64,000 bases of DNA from an uncultured Pseudomonadota bacterium (GCA_963736005.1 CAVTNB010000001.1:768001-832000), one strand, 5' to 3'. Positions 48,866 to 59,245 are shown, counted from the stretch's first letter. Translations and numbers: made by a program. The notes: generated by a model from the letters alone, not told the origin.

Positions 48866-51800
48866 TTGAAGCCAAAAGGGTGCTCTCTCCTCGTCCCCGC
48901 GTTTGCGTGCGCGGGGATGCTTTTTTTAATGGGGGCGACTTTCCAGTCACCTTCGACGATCAACTTGGGCGGTCTGCATTGGCGCAACATCGGACCTGCG
49001 ATTGCAGGGGGTCGAGTGGCTGCGGTGGCGGGAACCAACGCCAATCCATTCCTTTACTACCTCGGCGCTGCGGGTGGCGGCGTGTGGCGGACGACCAATG
49101 GCGGAGTCACGTGGGTAGATGTCTTCGGAAAACAACCGACTGCATCGATCGGTGCCCTGGCGATTGCACCTTCGAATCCAAATACCGTCTGGGTAGGCAC
49201 TGGGGAGTCGAAGCCGCGTAACGACATCTCGCTCGGTGACGGGGTGTGGTCAAGCAGCGATGGCGGAAGCACGTGGCGGCAGCGGGGGGTGAACTCACCA
49301 TCCATCGCGCGCATCCTTATCGATTGGCGCAATCCCAACGTCGTGCTCGTCGGTGCGTTGGGCGATCCATATCTCGACAGCAGCGATCGTGGCGTCTACA
49401 GAACGACCGATGGTGGCAACACGTGGCGGCAAACTCTCTTTGTCGGCCCATCGAGTGGGGCGAGCGATCTCGCCTGGGACGCGCGCGACAACAAGCTCGT
49501 CTTCGCGGGGATCTGGCAAATTCGCCGCGTGCCGTGGAACTTTAACAGCGGCGGTGCGCAAGATGGCCTGTACCGATCCCGCGATGGCGGCGCAACGTGG
49601 GAGCGTTTGACCGGTCACGGCTTGCCGCAGGGCATCATGGGGCGGATTGGCGTTGCCGTGGCCCCCAGTGATCCCAAGCGGGTCTATGCGCTGATTCAAT
49701 CCAGCCAGGGTTCGTTGTGGCGTTCGGATGACGGTGGCGATCATTGGCGTTTGATGACGCGCGATACGTACGTCAACCAGCGGCCGTTTTACATGAGCCG
49801 GCTCGAAGTCGATCCGAAAAATCCGGACCACCTCTTCTTCCTATCCGAGGATCTCGTTGAGTCGCATGATGGAGGGAAGACGTTCTTCAATAACGTCACC
49901 GCGGTGCACCAGGATCATCACGCGATGTGGATCGCCACAGATGGCAAGCGCATGATCGAAGGCAACGATGGCGGCGCTCCGATCAGCCTCGACGGGGGAA
50001 CAACGTGGGACTGGCGTTATAACGTGACCCTCGCGCAAATCTATCACGTTGGCTTCGACCTTGCGACGCCGTACAATGTGTGCGGCGGCATGCAAGACAA
50101 CGATTCGTATTGCGGACCATCCGACAGTCTGAGCCCGCTGGGCATTCTCAACCATGATTGGCTTGACGTCGGTAGCGACAGCGACGGATCCTGGACCTGG
50201 CCTGATCCGCTGGACCCGAACTTGGTTTGGAACGTTGGCGTAAGGGATCTCAACGGCCAGCTCACGATTTACGACAAGCGAACGCGCCAAAGCTACGATG
50301 TGACACCATACGTGCGCGATACCAATGGCGCGAATCTCGCGGGCCTGCCGTATCGCTTCAATTGGGAGGCGCCGGTTGCGTTTTCCAAGCTAGACCCAAG
50401 GACGGTCTACTTCGGCGGAAACGTCGTTTGGAAAACGCGCGACCGGGGCAGGCACTGGCTCCAGATCAGCACCGATCTGACGCTGAACGATCCGGCGCAC
50501 CAGTTAGTAGCGGGCGGCCCAATCAATACCGATGTGTCCGGTGCGGAGTTCTATGACACGATCTTAGATATTGCGCCCTCACCACGCAATGACAGCCTCA
50601 TTTGGGTTGGAACTGACGATGGACTCGTGCAGGTGACGCGCGACGGCGGCATCCATTGGACCAAGGTCACGCCGGTTGTGCCGCCATACGGGCGAGTCGA
50701 GGTGGTGGAGCCATCGCGCTATGCTGATGGCTCTGCTTTCGCCGTCATCGACCGGCATTTCATGGGCGATCGCGCGCCGTACATCTTCGCAACGTCTGAT
50801 TATGGTGCGCACTGGAGCTCGATCGTTTCGGATTTGCCCACCGACGAGACGATGCACGTCATCAGACAGGACCTGCGCGATCCGAACATTTTGTATGCAG
50901 GTTCGGAAAGCGGCGTGTGGGTCAGCTTGAACGGAGGGCTTCATTGGCTCCGTCTCAATAACAATATGCCCACGGTTTCCGTTCACGATTTGCGCATTCA
51001 GCCGCGCGAGAACGATCTCGTGATTGCTACGCACGGGCTTGGTTTTTGGGTGCTCGATGACGTCACGCCGCTGCAAGACCTTGCGACCAGTGGCGGGACT
51101 GGCGTCGCGTTCGATCAGCCGCGAACGGCGTATACCTTTTTCCGCTGGTGGAAGTATGAGTACGGATCGGGCGTGGGGGAATGTTGTGCGCCACAAAATA
51201 TGTTTAGCGGCGAGAACCCGCCGGCGGGCGCTCTGCTCAGTTATTACCTTCCCTCGCCTGCAGCGCATACGCCAAGCATCGAAATCAAAGATGTAAGTGG
51301 CCTGACGATTGCGCATGTCGACGGTACCAACCATGCCGGCATCAATCGCGTGGCGTGGGACTTGACTGACGATCCCCCCGTTTCGTGGCTCAGCGCGCGG
51401 CCCTGGAATCAGGGTCTGAGCCAAGGGGCACCTGTCGTGCCGGGGACCTACACCGCGACGCTTCGGGTTGATGGCGCTGCTTACTCGCACAGCGTTTTGG
51501 TCAAACCCGATCCACGAGCGCTCTGGTCACGGGCCGATTATGTTGAGCGACGCAATTTCTTGCATCAATTGGATGGTTGGCTGTCGCATATCGACACGGC
51601 GCTCAATAACCTTGACTCGATCCGTGGAGCCTTGTATCGGAGAATCGAAACGATGAAGGCAGGGCATGCGTCCGCTGCCTTGCTTGCGCGCCAGCAGCGA
51701 CTGCTGCATGAGGCGCAGGACATCTCTGCTCAAATCTCTTCGAACCCTCGTAATTCAGAAGACAATCAGTGGCGACCCGACAAACTGCGCGAGCGCTTGC

Positions 51801-51961
51801 TGATTCTGATTGACGTTTACTCACTGCTCTCGCAAGGGCCACCGCTTGAGCCGCATCGACGTGAAGCCGCTGAAATCGAGGTTTCATATGATGCAGCGAT
51901 GTCGCGGTATGGGGCCTTCGTCGCACAAGTTGCGCGGGACATCGAACACCCGCACCGATAG
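48866..51961 (+). CDS. BNR/Asp-box (VPS10/sortilin-like) beta-propeller protein, putative glycoside hydrolase
   Basis: WRNIGPA..GGR and repeated S/T.DGG.TW motifs; start TTG 48866 uncertain. Confidence 0.87.
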   Translation: MKPKGCSLLVPAFACAGMLFLMGATFQSPSTINLGGLHWRNIGPAIAGGRVAAVAGTNANPFLYYLGAAGGGVWRTTNGGVTWVDVFGKQPTASIGALAIAPSNPNTVWVGTGESKPRNDISLGDGVWSSSDGGSTWRQRGVNSPSIARILIDWRNPNVVLVGALGDPYLDSSDRGVYRTTDGGNTWRQTLFVGPSSGASDLAWDARDNKLVFAGIWQIRRVPWNFNSGGAQDGLYRSRDGGATWERLTGHGLPQGIMGRIGVAVAPSDPKRVYALIQSSQGSLWRSDDGGDHWRLMTRDTYVNQRPFYMSRLEVDPKNPDHLFFLSEDLVESHDGGKTFFNNVTAVHQDHHAMWIATDGKRMIEGNDGGAPISLDGGTTWDWRYNVTLAQIYHVGFDLATPYNVCGGMQDNDSYCGPSDSLSPLGILNHDWLDVGSDSDGSWTWPDPLDPNLVWNVGVRDLNGQLTIYDKRTRQSYDVTPYVRDTNGANLAGLPYRFNWEAPVAFSKLDPRTVYFGGNVVWKTRDRGRHWLQISTDLTLNDPAHQLVAGGPINTDVSGAEFYDTILDIAPSPRNDSLIWVGTDDGLVQVTRDGGIHWTKVTPVVPPYGRVEVVEPSRYADGSAFAVIDRHFMGDRAPYIFATSDYGAHWSSIVSDLPTDETMHVIRQDLRDPNILYAGSESGVWVSLNGGLHWLRLNNNMPTVSVHDLRIQPRENDLVIATHGLGFWVLDDVTPLQDLATSGGTGVAFDQPRTAYTFFRWWKYEYGSGVGECCAPQNMFSGENPPAGALLSYYLPSPAAHTPSIEIKDVSGLTIAHVDGTNHAGINRVAWDLTDDPPVSWLSARPWNQGLSQGAPVVPGTYTATLRVDGAAYSHSVLVKPDPRALWSRADYVERRNFLHQLDGWLSHIDTALNNLDSIRGALYRRIETMKAGHASAALLARQQRLLHEAQDISAQISSNPRNSEDNQWRPDKLRERLLILIDVYSLLSQGPPLEPHRREAAEIEVSYDAAMSRYGAFVAQVARDIEHPHR

Positions 51962-52053
51962 ACCGGACTCCTAATCGGGTATAAGCGAATTATCGCTACA
52001 CGTTGATGTAGCAGCGGACCTCCGGGTCCGCTCGACCAAAGGGGGTCTCGCAC

Positions 52054-52131
52054 ATGGACGGAGCCGATGTCGCAATCATCATCTTACTTATCCTGGTCTT
52101 CCTCGCGGCAACCGGACATCTACGACTCTAA
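52054..52131 (+). CDS. 25-aa single-TM micro-peptide
   Basis: MDGADVAIIILLILVFLAATGHLRL; SD AAGGGGG; paralog adjacent. Confidence 0.65.
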   Translation: MDGADVAIIILLILVFLAATGHLRL

Positions 52132-52156
52132 CTCAAGAGGAAGGGAGAAAAAAAAC

Positions 52157-52225
52157 ATGGATGCGTTAGTGCTTGTTCTTGTGGTGTTGATCTTACTGGC
52201 CGTCACCGGCCACCTCAAGCTCTAG
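52157..52225 (+). CDS. 22-aa single-TM micro-peptide
   Basis: MDALVLVLVVLILLAVTGHLKL; SD AGGGAG; paralog adjacent. Confidence 0.65.
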   Translation: MDALVLVLVVLILLAVTGHLKL

Positions 52226-52303
52226 AAAACGAGATGGGCGACTTCACAGTCGCCCACTACATTTGTATGCTGCATGTAGTCGCGCGAATTCTCGCGCGAT
52301 AAT

Positions 52304-55300
52304 TCAGAGTTTCGCCGAAAGGCTGAACGTGAATTGGCGCGCCGGCATCAACCCCTCTGGTGAGTACGGGTAGTAGTTATCTCCGTAGTACTGCGGCTCG
52401 TTGGAAAACCCCGTATCCCCGTCTAGCCCGAGCGGGAAGCTGTAGAACGCGTTGTCGCCGTACGAAAGCACTTGATCTTTGCTCGGAAGCTCCCATGCAT
52501 AACCGTGGTTGTGGACAACGGTGAAAACATTCGTCCAAAGAAAGCTTGCAATCGTGTTCTTGCCGAGGTTGTGAGAAATGCCGAGGTTCATCGTGAGCCA
52601 CGATGGGCCTTTGAGCGAACCAAGCCCATCGAACTGACCCGTATACGGGTCTGGCCCGACTCCCAACGGAGTGACACCGGTTGGGTTTGAGATGCAGCCC
52701 GGATAATTACCAGCCGCTGACGGGGGACCTGGGTTCGGACAATGCGCGTCCAGGAAGTCCTGTGGATCGCCATACGGGTTGCCGGACTGAAAGTTGAATG
52801 TCGGCGAGATATCCCAACCGTGAACGGCTTCATCGAGATTGAGGTTGACGACCCACGGAACGTCGTAGGATGAGGACGTACCCCCCGGGGCCTGCGTCAA
52901 CGACGGTGAGTAGTAGCCATTCGGATCGAAGAGCGGATAGCTCGTCTTGTACTGCGCGTTGTAGTTAGCGATCTGCTTGTTGATGACGTCGATGTAGCTT
53001 GGGCCCAGCGAGCGCTGGAATCGAATCTTCGAATTCGTGAACGTCGCCGCGAGCGTGGCGGAAAGGCCGTTGGGGCCGCTGCGATTTTTGCGCAGAAGAA
53101 ACTCCGAGCCGTAAATGCGCGCCGCTCCGAAGTTGTAGCCAGTGACGAACGTGGGCTGCAGCGGATTGACGGGGATGCTGAGGATCTGACCTCGGGTAAT
53201 GCGGAAGAATGGGCTTAGTTTTGCAGATAAGCCGTTGTTGAAGTCTTGCTCAAATGAGAGGTCATAGTTCGTGCTATCTTGGGGTACCAGATTATGCACC
53301 GCTGTAAAGCCAAGAGGATCATAGAAGCGGTTGAGTATTGAAATAGTCGCCGGTGCACCAAACCACGGTGCGCCGATATACTCGTTGCCGAACGTTTCAG
53401 GCTGCTGCACGTAACGACCGACCGATGCTCGAAACACTTGTTGCGGGCTGATGGTGTACGTTAGGCCAAAGCGCGGGCTGAGGTAGCTAAAATCCTGAGA
53501 CCCAGAAACATTTGTCCAGTTTGCGGCCCCGGGTGTCGACGGATTAAAGCCCTGCGCTAGTTGCGAGGCGTTGATAGCCTTAAGGTATCCATTGCAGGGC
53601 TCGCCCGGCGCGTACGCATACCCGTGCAGGCAGTATCCAAACTGGTTTTGCCCAACTTCGGCCAGGCCGTTCGGACCCGTGATCTGTAGCGGCATCAGCG
53701 GCACTTCAAACCTATCCCAACGCAAACCAATATCGAAGAGCCACTTGTCGCCCGCCTTTAACGAATCGGCTAGAGCCGCATCGACATTCACCGGATTGAT
53801 GTCGTTCCAGTAGGCATACGGACCGCCGACAACGGCTACGTTATCACCCGGATTGCAATTTGCCAGGGTATTCGTGGCGAGGGTGCCGCATTGCACGTTG
53901 CCAGTGAAGAAGTCGGGAAAGAAGTTTGGCGCATAGTTGTACCGGAGCGTGACGTCTCTCGTGTAATCAGCGTCCAAACGTAAGAGGTTTTGTGGATTCA
54001 GTTGGTTCTGGTACGTCGCTGTGTAGCCACTTGCGTTATCGTGCAACTGGTAGAATGAATCGCCCAAAAATCCGTTGGTCGCCTGATCGAAATTCCATGC
54101 CGAATACAGCGAATAACCGTAAACGCGTACGAACGACGTGCTCGACAAGGAGCGCGTGTAACTGAGCTTCTCAACGGCCTCTTCTGTCGTTTGACCATCC
54201 ACGTACCAGGAGGGGATCACACCCGTTCCTCCGCCCGCGGACGGCCACGTGTACGTTCCGTATGCGGATGGATTGTAGGGCTTGTTGACGCCACCAAGAT
54301 ATGGATTGCCAGTCGGCCATAAGAGCTGGCCCGTTGGGCTCAGGCTTCCCCCGACGCCCTCGACAAAAAGCTTAGGATCGATACCAGTACCCGCGTACAA
54401 GAAGGGCGTTTCGGTTCCACCGACGAGATAGAGCGCTTGCACATCGTCGGACAGTCCGTTGTGCTCGATCGCGTAATGGAAGTTGCCAACCGTGTCTCTA
54501 ATGGCTGCGTATGGATTGACGAAGCTTTGCCACGCGCCTTGCGAGATGGGCATGTTGAGTACTTGCGCCACGCCGCAGTTCGTGAATGAAGTCGAAAAGT
54601 TAGCGAGGATCTGCGCATTAAAGGCTCCGCATCCCGCGTCGTTCGGCGGAAGCGCAAAGCTGGTATTATCGAGATTCGAGCCGTTGACAAAATTGTAGCC
54701 CTGGTTTTGGGCCAACGTCGAAACAAAATAGGTAAACCGGCGATCCGGAGTCCCACCATAGACGTCAGCCTGGATTGTGTGGTTGAAAGACGGTCCTCCC
54801 GTGGCACCCGTGAAATCAGCACCTCCCGGATAGCTCCCGCGGCGAATTTCCTCGTTGATGTACCCCGACATTGATCGGCCAGCATCGGCGGGCTCGCCGC
54901 CCGTGTAGACTTCCAAACTCCCGATGCCGTTTGTCGTGAACGAGGTGCCGTTGGCGGCATCGAAGCCGCGGTTGAGCGGAATCCCCTCGAGTTCGAACCC
55001 TACCTGGTCGGTCGAGCCGCCCCGGAAACTCAGCGTTCCGTTGCCAAAGTAACCGCCTCCGCTGCCGAGGCTGCGTGTAACTCCTGGCAAGGAGCCGACG
55101 ACGCCGTTTTGGCTATAGAGTGTTTCAGCGCCACCCGCGCTTCCCTGATATTGGCTGATGGTTTTTGCGTTCACTGCGTAGAGGTCGCCAGTGACGTTCT
55201 TACTCACCACACTCGCCGTCGCGGTTGTCACCACTCTGCCAAGCGATTTCGCCGAGAGATGCATCGTGACGGCAACTGATGCGGTCTGGTCAGCCTGCAC

Positions 55301-55588
55301 GGTTATCCCCGCTACTGAGGCCGTGTCATAGCCGTCTTTGCTTGCCGTTACAACGTAGGTATCGGGTGAAAGATTGAGGATCGAAAAGAAACCGTGGGTG
55401 TCGGTTGGCGAGCTGGCAGACTGAGATGGCGAACTTGCTGTGACCTTTGCTGCGCCGATTGGGTTACCTTGGTCGTCGGCTACGCGACCGGAGATATTGC
55501 CCGTAACCCCCGCAAGCGACACGGTGCCGCACCATGCGACAATTACGAACGCGACGGCGAGAAGCCGTCCAAGCTTCCAAGTCAACAT
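52304..55588 (-). CDS. TonB-dependent receptor (Oar-like) with carboxypeptidase-regulatory-like domain
   Basis: Signal peptide from ATG 55588, GNISGRVAD..TDTHGFF, GLRWD and SPRFGLTY barrel motifs. Confidence 0.86.
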   Translation of the reverse strand: MLTWKLGRLLAVAFVIVAWCGTVSLAGVTGNISGRVADDQGNPIGAAKVTASSPSQSASSPTDTHGFFSILNLSPDTYVVTASKDGYDTASVAGITVQADQTASVAVTMHLSAKSLGRVVTTATASVVSKNVTGDLYAVNAKTISQYQGSAGGAETLYSQNGVVGSLPGVTRSLGSGGGYFGNGTLSFRGGSTDQVGFELEGIPLNRGFDAANGTSFTTNGIGSLEVYTGGEPADAGRSMSGYINEEIRRGSYPGGADFTGATGGPSFNHTIQADVYGGTPDRRFTYFVSTLAQNQGYNFVNGSNLDNTSFALPPNDAGCGAFNAQILANFSTSFTNCGVAQVLNMPISQGAWQSFVNPYAAIRDTVGNFHYAIEHNGLSDDVQALYLVGGTETPFLYAGTGIDPKLFVEGVGGSLSPTGQLLWPTGNPYLGGVNKPYNPSAYGTYTWPSAGGGTGVIPSWYVDGQTTEEAVEKLSYTRSLSSTSFVRVYGYSLYSAWNFDQATNGFLGDSFYQLHDNASGYTATYQNQLNPQNLLRLDADYTRDVTLRYNYAPNFFPDFFTGNVQCGTLATNTLANCNPGDNVAVVGGPYAYWNDINPVNVDAALADSLKAGDKWLFDIGLRWDRFEVPLMPLQITGPNGLAEVGQNQFGYCLHGYAYAPGEPCNGYLKAINASQLAQGFNPSTPGAANWTNVSGSQDFSYLSPRFGLTYTISPQQVFRASVGRYVQQPETFGNEYIGAPWFGAPATISILNRFYDPLGFTAVHNLVPQDSTNYDLSFEQDFNNGLSAKLSPFFRITRGQILSIPVNPLQPTFVTGYNFGAARIYGSEFLLRKNRSGPNGLSATLAATFTNSKIRFQRSLGPSYIDVINKQIANYNAQYKTSYPLFDPNGYYSPSLTQAPGGTSSSYDVPWVVNLNLDEAVHGWDISPTFNFQSGNPYGDPQDFLDAHCPNPGPPSAAGNYPGCISNPTGVTPLGVGPDPYTGQFDGLGSLKGPSWLTMNLGISHNLGKNTIASFLWTNVFTVVHNHGYAWELPSKDQVLSYGDNAFYSFPLGLDGDTGFSNEPQYYGDNYYPYSPEGLMPARQFTFSLSAKL

Positions 55589-55605
55589 ACACGCCTCCCA
55601 GCGAT

Positions 55606-55747
55606 GGGCGACTTGACAGTCGCCCGCTACAACTCCCTTTTGCGTTGGGCGACTTGACAGTCGCCCGCTACGACTCCCTTTGCGTGGGGCGATTTGCCAA
55701 TCGCCCCCTACAATCTTGTCCACGCGCGAATGAATTCGCGCGACTAC
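55606..55747 (-). repeat. BIME-like array of three family A and one family B REP (about 40-bp period)
   Basis: Copies at 55606, 55647, 55686 and 55723; spacer ACTCCCTTT repeated. Confidence 0.9.
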
Positions 55748-55748
55748 A

Positions 55749-56216
55749 TTAACGGTTCCGACGAGACGATTTGAGCCCCTTCCGGGAACGTCTTGGCATT
55801 TCACGATCTCGGCGCTGGTCTCGCTCTTCAAAAGGAAGAAGACGCTCCGTCCGTTTGTGCGACGTTTCATCGTCATCGACGCGACCGGCGTTTCGGTCCC
55901 ATTCAGACACTTGACGCCAAAAATCAATGATCTTCTGCTCGAGTGATGATGAAAAACGCTCGAGGGGTCTCTCTCCCGAGAGCGGACCTAAAGGTCCGCT
56001 GCTACTTTGCTGCGCGGTGAGCGAGAGTCGGACGCGCCGTCCGTTTTCCTCGGCGACGATGAAAGGGAGGTCTGGATGCCGCCCAGCCATCAACGCCCGT
56101 TTGACAACATCGACGCCTGGATCGGAGGCCGGAAGCAATCCAAAACGGCCATCTTCAAGCCGGACAATGCACCCGAAGCGACTGCAATGCACGACGCTCC
56201 CGCGCACCTGCTGCAC
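55749..56216 (-). CDS. S1-domain RNA-binding protein (YabR-like) with an in-frame REP
   Basis: VRGSVV..FGCIVRL..GLL S1-like start; SLEQKIIDFWR tail; follows divIC as in Bacillus. Confidence 0.7.
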   Translation of the reverse strand: MQQVRGSVVHCSRFGCIVRLEDGRFGLLPASDPGVDVVKRALMAGRHPDLPFIVAEENGRRVRLSLTAQQSSSGPLGPLSGERPLERFSSSLEQKIIDFWRQVSEWDRNAGRVDDDETSHKRTERLLPFEERDQRRDREMPRRSRKGLKSSRRNR

Positions 56217-56218
56217 GA

Positions 56219-56626
56219 CTACTGCTGCGCAGCGGGCGCAGGCGTTGACGGGGCTACTTCAATGAAGACTTCGTTGGGTTTGGCGAGGCCAAGTTGTTCG
56301 TGAATGAGCGGGACGAGGTATTCAGGGTCGTGCAGATGACCGACGCGCGCGACAAGCTTATCGTTTTGTGCTTGCAGCGTGGCGTTTTCACCCTCGACCT
56401 GCGAAATCTGCTGGTGCAATGCGACGTTGCGCATCGCGACATGCCACACTTGTGCACCTGCCGTCACTGAAATAAATAAAGCCGCCACCAACATCAATCC
56501 TCGGCCAGCAATCAGGGCGGCAACGCGTGCCGAGTGCAGGTGCTTTGAGGTTTGCTCGGCGCGATTGCTCCGCGCCTGCGTGAAACGAACGATTTTATGT
56601 CGGAGACTACCGCGCCGCGCTGTCAT
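56219..56626 (-). CDS. ftsB: Septum formation initiator FtsB/DivIC family
   Basis: TM plus coiled coil, DPEYL..IHEQLGLAKPNE. Confidence 0.82.
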   Translation of the reverse strand: MTARRGSLRHKIVRFTQARSNRAEQTSKHLHSARVAALIAGRGLMLVAALFISVTAGAQVWHVAMRNVALHQQISQVEGENATLQAQNDKLVARVGHLHDPEYLVPLIHEQLGLAKPNEVFIEVAPSTPAPAAQQ

Positions 56627-57581
56627 GCACTAACTCGACATGTGAGCCCATGCGCCGGAACTTTTCGTAGCGACGGTCAACAAGCTCATCAGTACGAACG
56701 CGCAGCAGCCGATCGAGCGCTCTGCGATCCGCGGCGAGCGTATCTTTGATGATGCGCTCGGGATCCTGGTGGGCTCCGCCAAGCGGCTCCCTGATAATTT
56801 CATCAATCAGTCCGAACTCGAAGAGTTCATCCGAGGTTAGGCGCAAACGTTGAGCGGCTTCTTCCGCGCGGGATGCATCGCGCCAGAGGATGGAGGCCGC
56901 GGCTTCGGGTGATGCGACGGAGTAGATCGAGTGCTGCAGCATGATGATGTGGTCGCCGATGCCAATGGCAAGCGCGCCGCCGCTGCCGCCTTCACCCGTT
57001 ACATTGACCACGACCGGCGTCTTCAGACCGGCCATGACTCTTAAGGACGTCGCGATGGCCTCGGATTGACCGCGTTCTTCCGCGCCAATGCCTGGGTAGG
57101 CTCCGGGAGTGTCGATGAACGTCACGAGCGGTCTGCCGAACTTCTCGGCCAGCCGCATGATACGCTGCGCCTTTCGGTAGCCTTCCGGATGCGGCATGCC
57201 GAAATTGCGGTAGAGGTTATCCTTAGTGTCGCGGCCCTTTTGCTCACCAATCACGAATATCGGCAGATCGTCGAGATAAGCGTAGCCCGCGACAATGGCT
57301 GGATCGTCGCGAAATGCCCGATCCCCATGCAACTCCGTGAACCCATCGAGGGCGCTGAGGTAATCGAGAGCCAGTGGGCGGCGGGGGTGGCGTGCCAAGT
57401 GGACGCGCTGCCAAGGCGTAAGGTTAGCAAAAATCTCGAGCTTGAGCTGGCGCGCCTTCTCCTCGAGTGCGGCAATTGAACCGGACAGGTCAACCCGCTG
57501 CGTCTCGTTGAGTTTCTTGAGGTCTGCTATTTTGGCCTCAAGCTCGAGCAGCGGTTTCTCCAGTTCGACGATGACGTTCAC
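56607..57581 (-). CDS. accA: Acetyl-CoA carboxylase carboxyltransferase alpha
   Basis: ARHPRRP, ELHGDR, FIDTPGAYPGIGAEERGQ. Confidence 0.97.
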   Translation of the reverse strand: MNVIVELEKPLLELEAKIADLKKLNETQRVDLSGSIAALEEKARQLKLEIFANLTPWQRVHLARHPRRPLALDYLSALDGFTELHGDRAFRDDPAIVAGYAYLDDLPIFVIGEQKGRDTKDNLYRNFGMPHPEGYRKAQRIMRLAEKFGRPLVTFIDTPGAYPGIGAEERGQSEAIATSLRVMAGLKTPVVVNVTGEGGSGGALAIGIGDHIIMLQHSIYSVASPEAAASILWRDASRAEEAAQRLRLTSDELFEFGLIDEIIREPLGGAHQDPERIIKDTLAADRRALDRLLRVRTDELVDRRYEKFRRMGSHVELVHDSAAR

Positions 57582-58426
57582 GCCGGCACCGCCTTGCGCG
57601 TCAGGAAACTCAACAACCTTCCGAGAGCGTTCTTGAGCTCGCCGCGCCGGACGACCATGTCCACTTGCCCGTGCTCGAGCAAGAATTCAGCAGACTGAAA
57701 CCCTTCGGGCAGTTTCTGCCGGATCGTCTGGTCGATGACGCGTCTACCCGCAAAACCAATAGCCGCACCAGTTTCGGCGATAATGACATCCGCTTGGAAG
57801 CCGAATGACGCGGAGACGCCGCCGGTCGTGGGATCCGTGAGGATGGTAATGAGAGGCAAACCGAGCCCGGCAAAGCGCTCGACGGCTGCTGTCGTCTTGG
57901 CGAGTTGCATCAGCGCGATCACGCCCTCTTCCATGCGCGCGCCGCCCGAAGCGGTGACAATCACCACTGGGAGTTTCTGGCGCGCCGCTTCCTCAATCAA
58001 CAACGTGATTTTCTCGCCCACGACACTACCCATCGTGCCGCCGCGGAAAAAGAAATCCATAACCCCCAGCCCGACCCGCACACCTTCGATGTTGCAGATG
58101 CCGACGACCACTGCTTCAAGCAGACCTGACTTTGCTCGGTCACCCGCGATCTTGGTCGCATAGGGCGTCCGGTCGGTCCATTGCAGCGGATCGCCCGTTG
58201 CGAGCAGCGGCGCGAGTTCCTGAAAATCTCCATCAGCGAGGAGCGCGATGCGATCGAAGGCATGCAGCCGAAAGTGATGGCCGCACTTCGGACAGACGTA
58301 GAGACGCTCGGCGAGATCCTTCTTATAGAGACGCTCACCGCACGATGGGCAAATCTCCCAGAGCGCGTCGCTTTGGGGTTCTGGTTTGGCGGATCGCCTC
58401 CGCAGCCAATTTGGGGTTGGCGCCAA
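57578..58426 (-). CDS. accD: Acetyl-CoA carboxylase carboxyltransferase beta
   Basis: Zn finger CPSC..CPKC, SGGARMEEG, PTTGGVSAS. Confidence 0.97.
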   Translation of the reverse strand: MAPTPNWLRRRSAKPEPQSDALWEICPSCGERLYKKDLAERLYVCPKCGHHFRLHAFDRIALLADGDFQELAPLLATGDPLQWTDRTPYATKIAGDRAKSGLLEAVVVGICNIEGVRVGLGVMDFFFRGGTMGSVVGEKITLLIEEAARQKLPVVIVTASGGARMEEGVIALMQLAKTTAAVERFAGLGLPLITILTDPTTGGVSASFGFQADVIIAETGAAIGFAGRRVIDQTIRQKLPEGFQSAEFLLEHGQVDMVVRRGELKNALGRLLSFLTRKAVPA

Positions 58427-58431
58427 CTCGT

Positions 58432-59181
58432 CTACTCCTGCTCTTTGAGCGTTTGGGTGGACGTCAGGCTGGCTTCGGACCGCCGGCCGGCTCCTGTATA
58501 AATCTTGCCAAGTTGCTTGAGATAGTTGAAGATTTCGCCCGAATTGAGTTTGCTCGAACCGTGCCGGCGGTCGGTAAAGACATACGGGACTTCCTTTGCA
58601 TTTCGATACTTCCCTTTCATGATGACTTCGAGACCGATCTTAAAACCGATGGGATCGAGCTTGACGCCCTCAATGACCGAACGCTTGCAAAAGAAAAATC
58701 CTGACGTGATGTCCTTCACGCGCGTGAGCGGCATGGCGAGCATGATCGCGACACGCGACGTGAGGCGACGGCGCCATGGCCAATTCGTAATGCCCCCACC
58801 TGGAATATATCGGCTGCCAATCGCCAGTTCGCATGCTCCGCTGCGAATTGCGTCGAGCATTGCCGGGACTATTTTTGGATCGTGGCTGAAATCGGCATCC
58901 ATCACGCCGAGGATCGGCGAGTCACAGGTTGCCCATCCGTCAATAACTGCCGAGGATAACCCAAGCTTGCCTGCTCGATGTACGCAGCGCACCGGATAGC
59001 GTGTGGCAAGAGAATCGACGAGCGCACCCGTTCCATCGGGTGAGTTGTCATCGACGACTACGATTTCTCCCTTGATGTTCGCTTGCGCAAAGACGCCGGT
59101 CAGCGCTGAGACAAGTTGCTCGATGCCGCCCGATTCATTATAGGTTGGGATGACGACCGAGACTTCATAGTCCTGTGCCAC
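58432..59181 (-). CDS. Polyprenol-phosphate mannosyltransferase (GT2, DPM1-like)
   Basis: IPTYNE, VDDNSPDGT, MDADFSH, GSRY. Confidence 0.9.
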   Translation of the reverse strand: MAQDYEVSVVIPTYNESGGIEQLVSALTGVFAQANIKGEIVVVDDNSPDGTGALVDSLATRYPVRCVHRAGKLGLSSAVIDGWATCDSPILGVMDADFSHDPKIVPAMLDAIRSGACELAIGSRYIPGGGITNWPWRRRLTSRVAIMLAMPLTRVKDITSGFFFCKRSVIEGVKLDPIGFKIGLEVIMKGKYRNAKEVPYVFTDRRHGSSKLNSGEIFNYLKQLGKIYTGAGRRSEASLTSTQTLKEQE

Positions 59182-59245
59182 TCTCGTATTGATTCAGGAA
59201 ATTTCCCACCGGACCTTGTAGCAGCGGACCCTTAGGTGCGCTCCG

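Noticed and set aside
55606..55747. Regularly spaced palindromic repeats resembling a CRISPR array (also 35167-35281)
   Set aside because: Spacers are only about 12-21 bp and similar to each other, the repeats are dispersed across the window, and there are no cas genes; REP/BIME fits better
55589..55927. N-terminal extension of the 1207-aa TonB receptor ORF
   Set aside because: Reads through REP repeats and the upstream gene; the signal peptide starts at 55588
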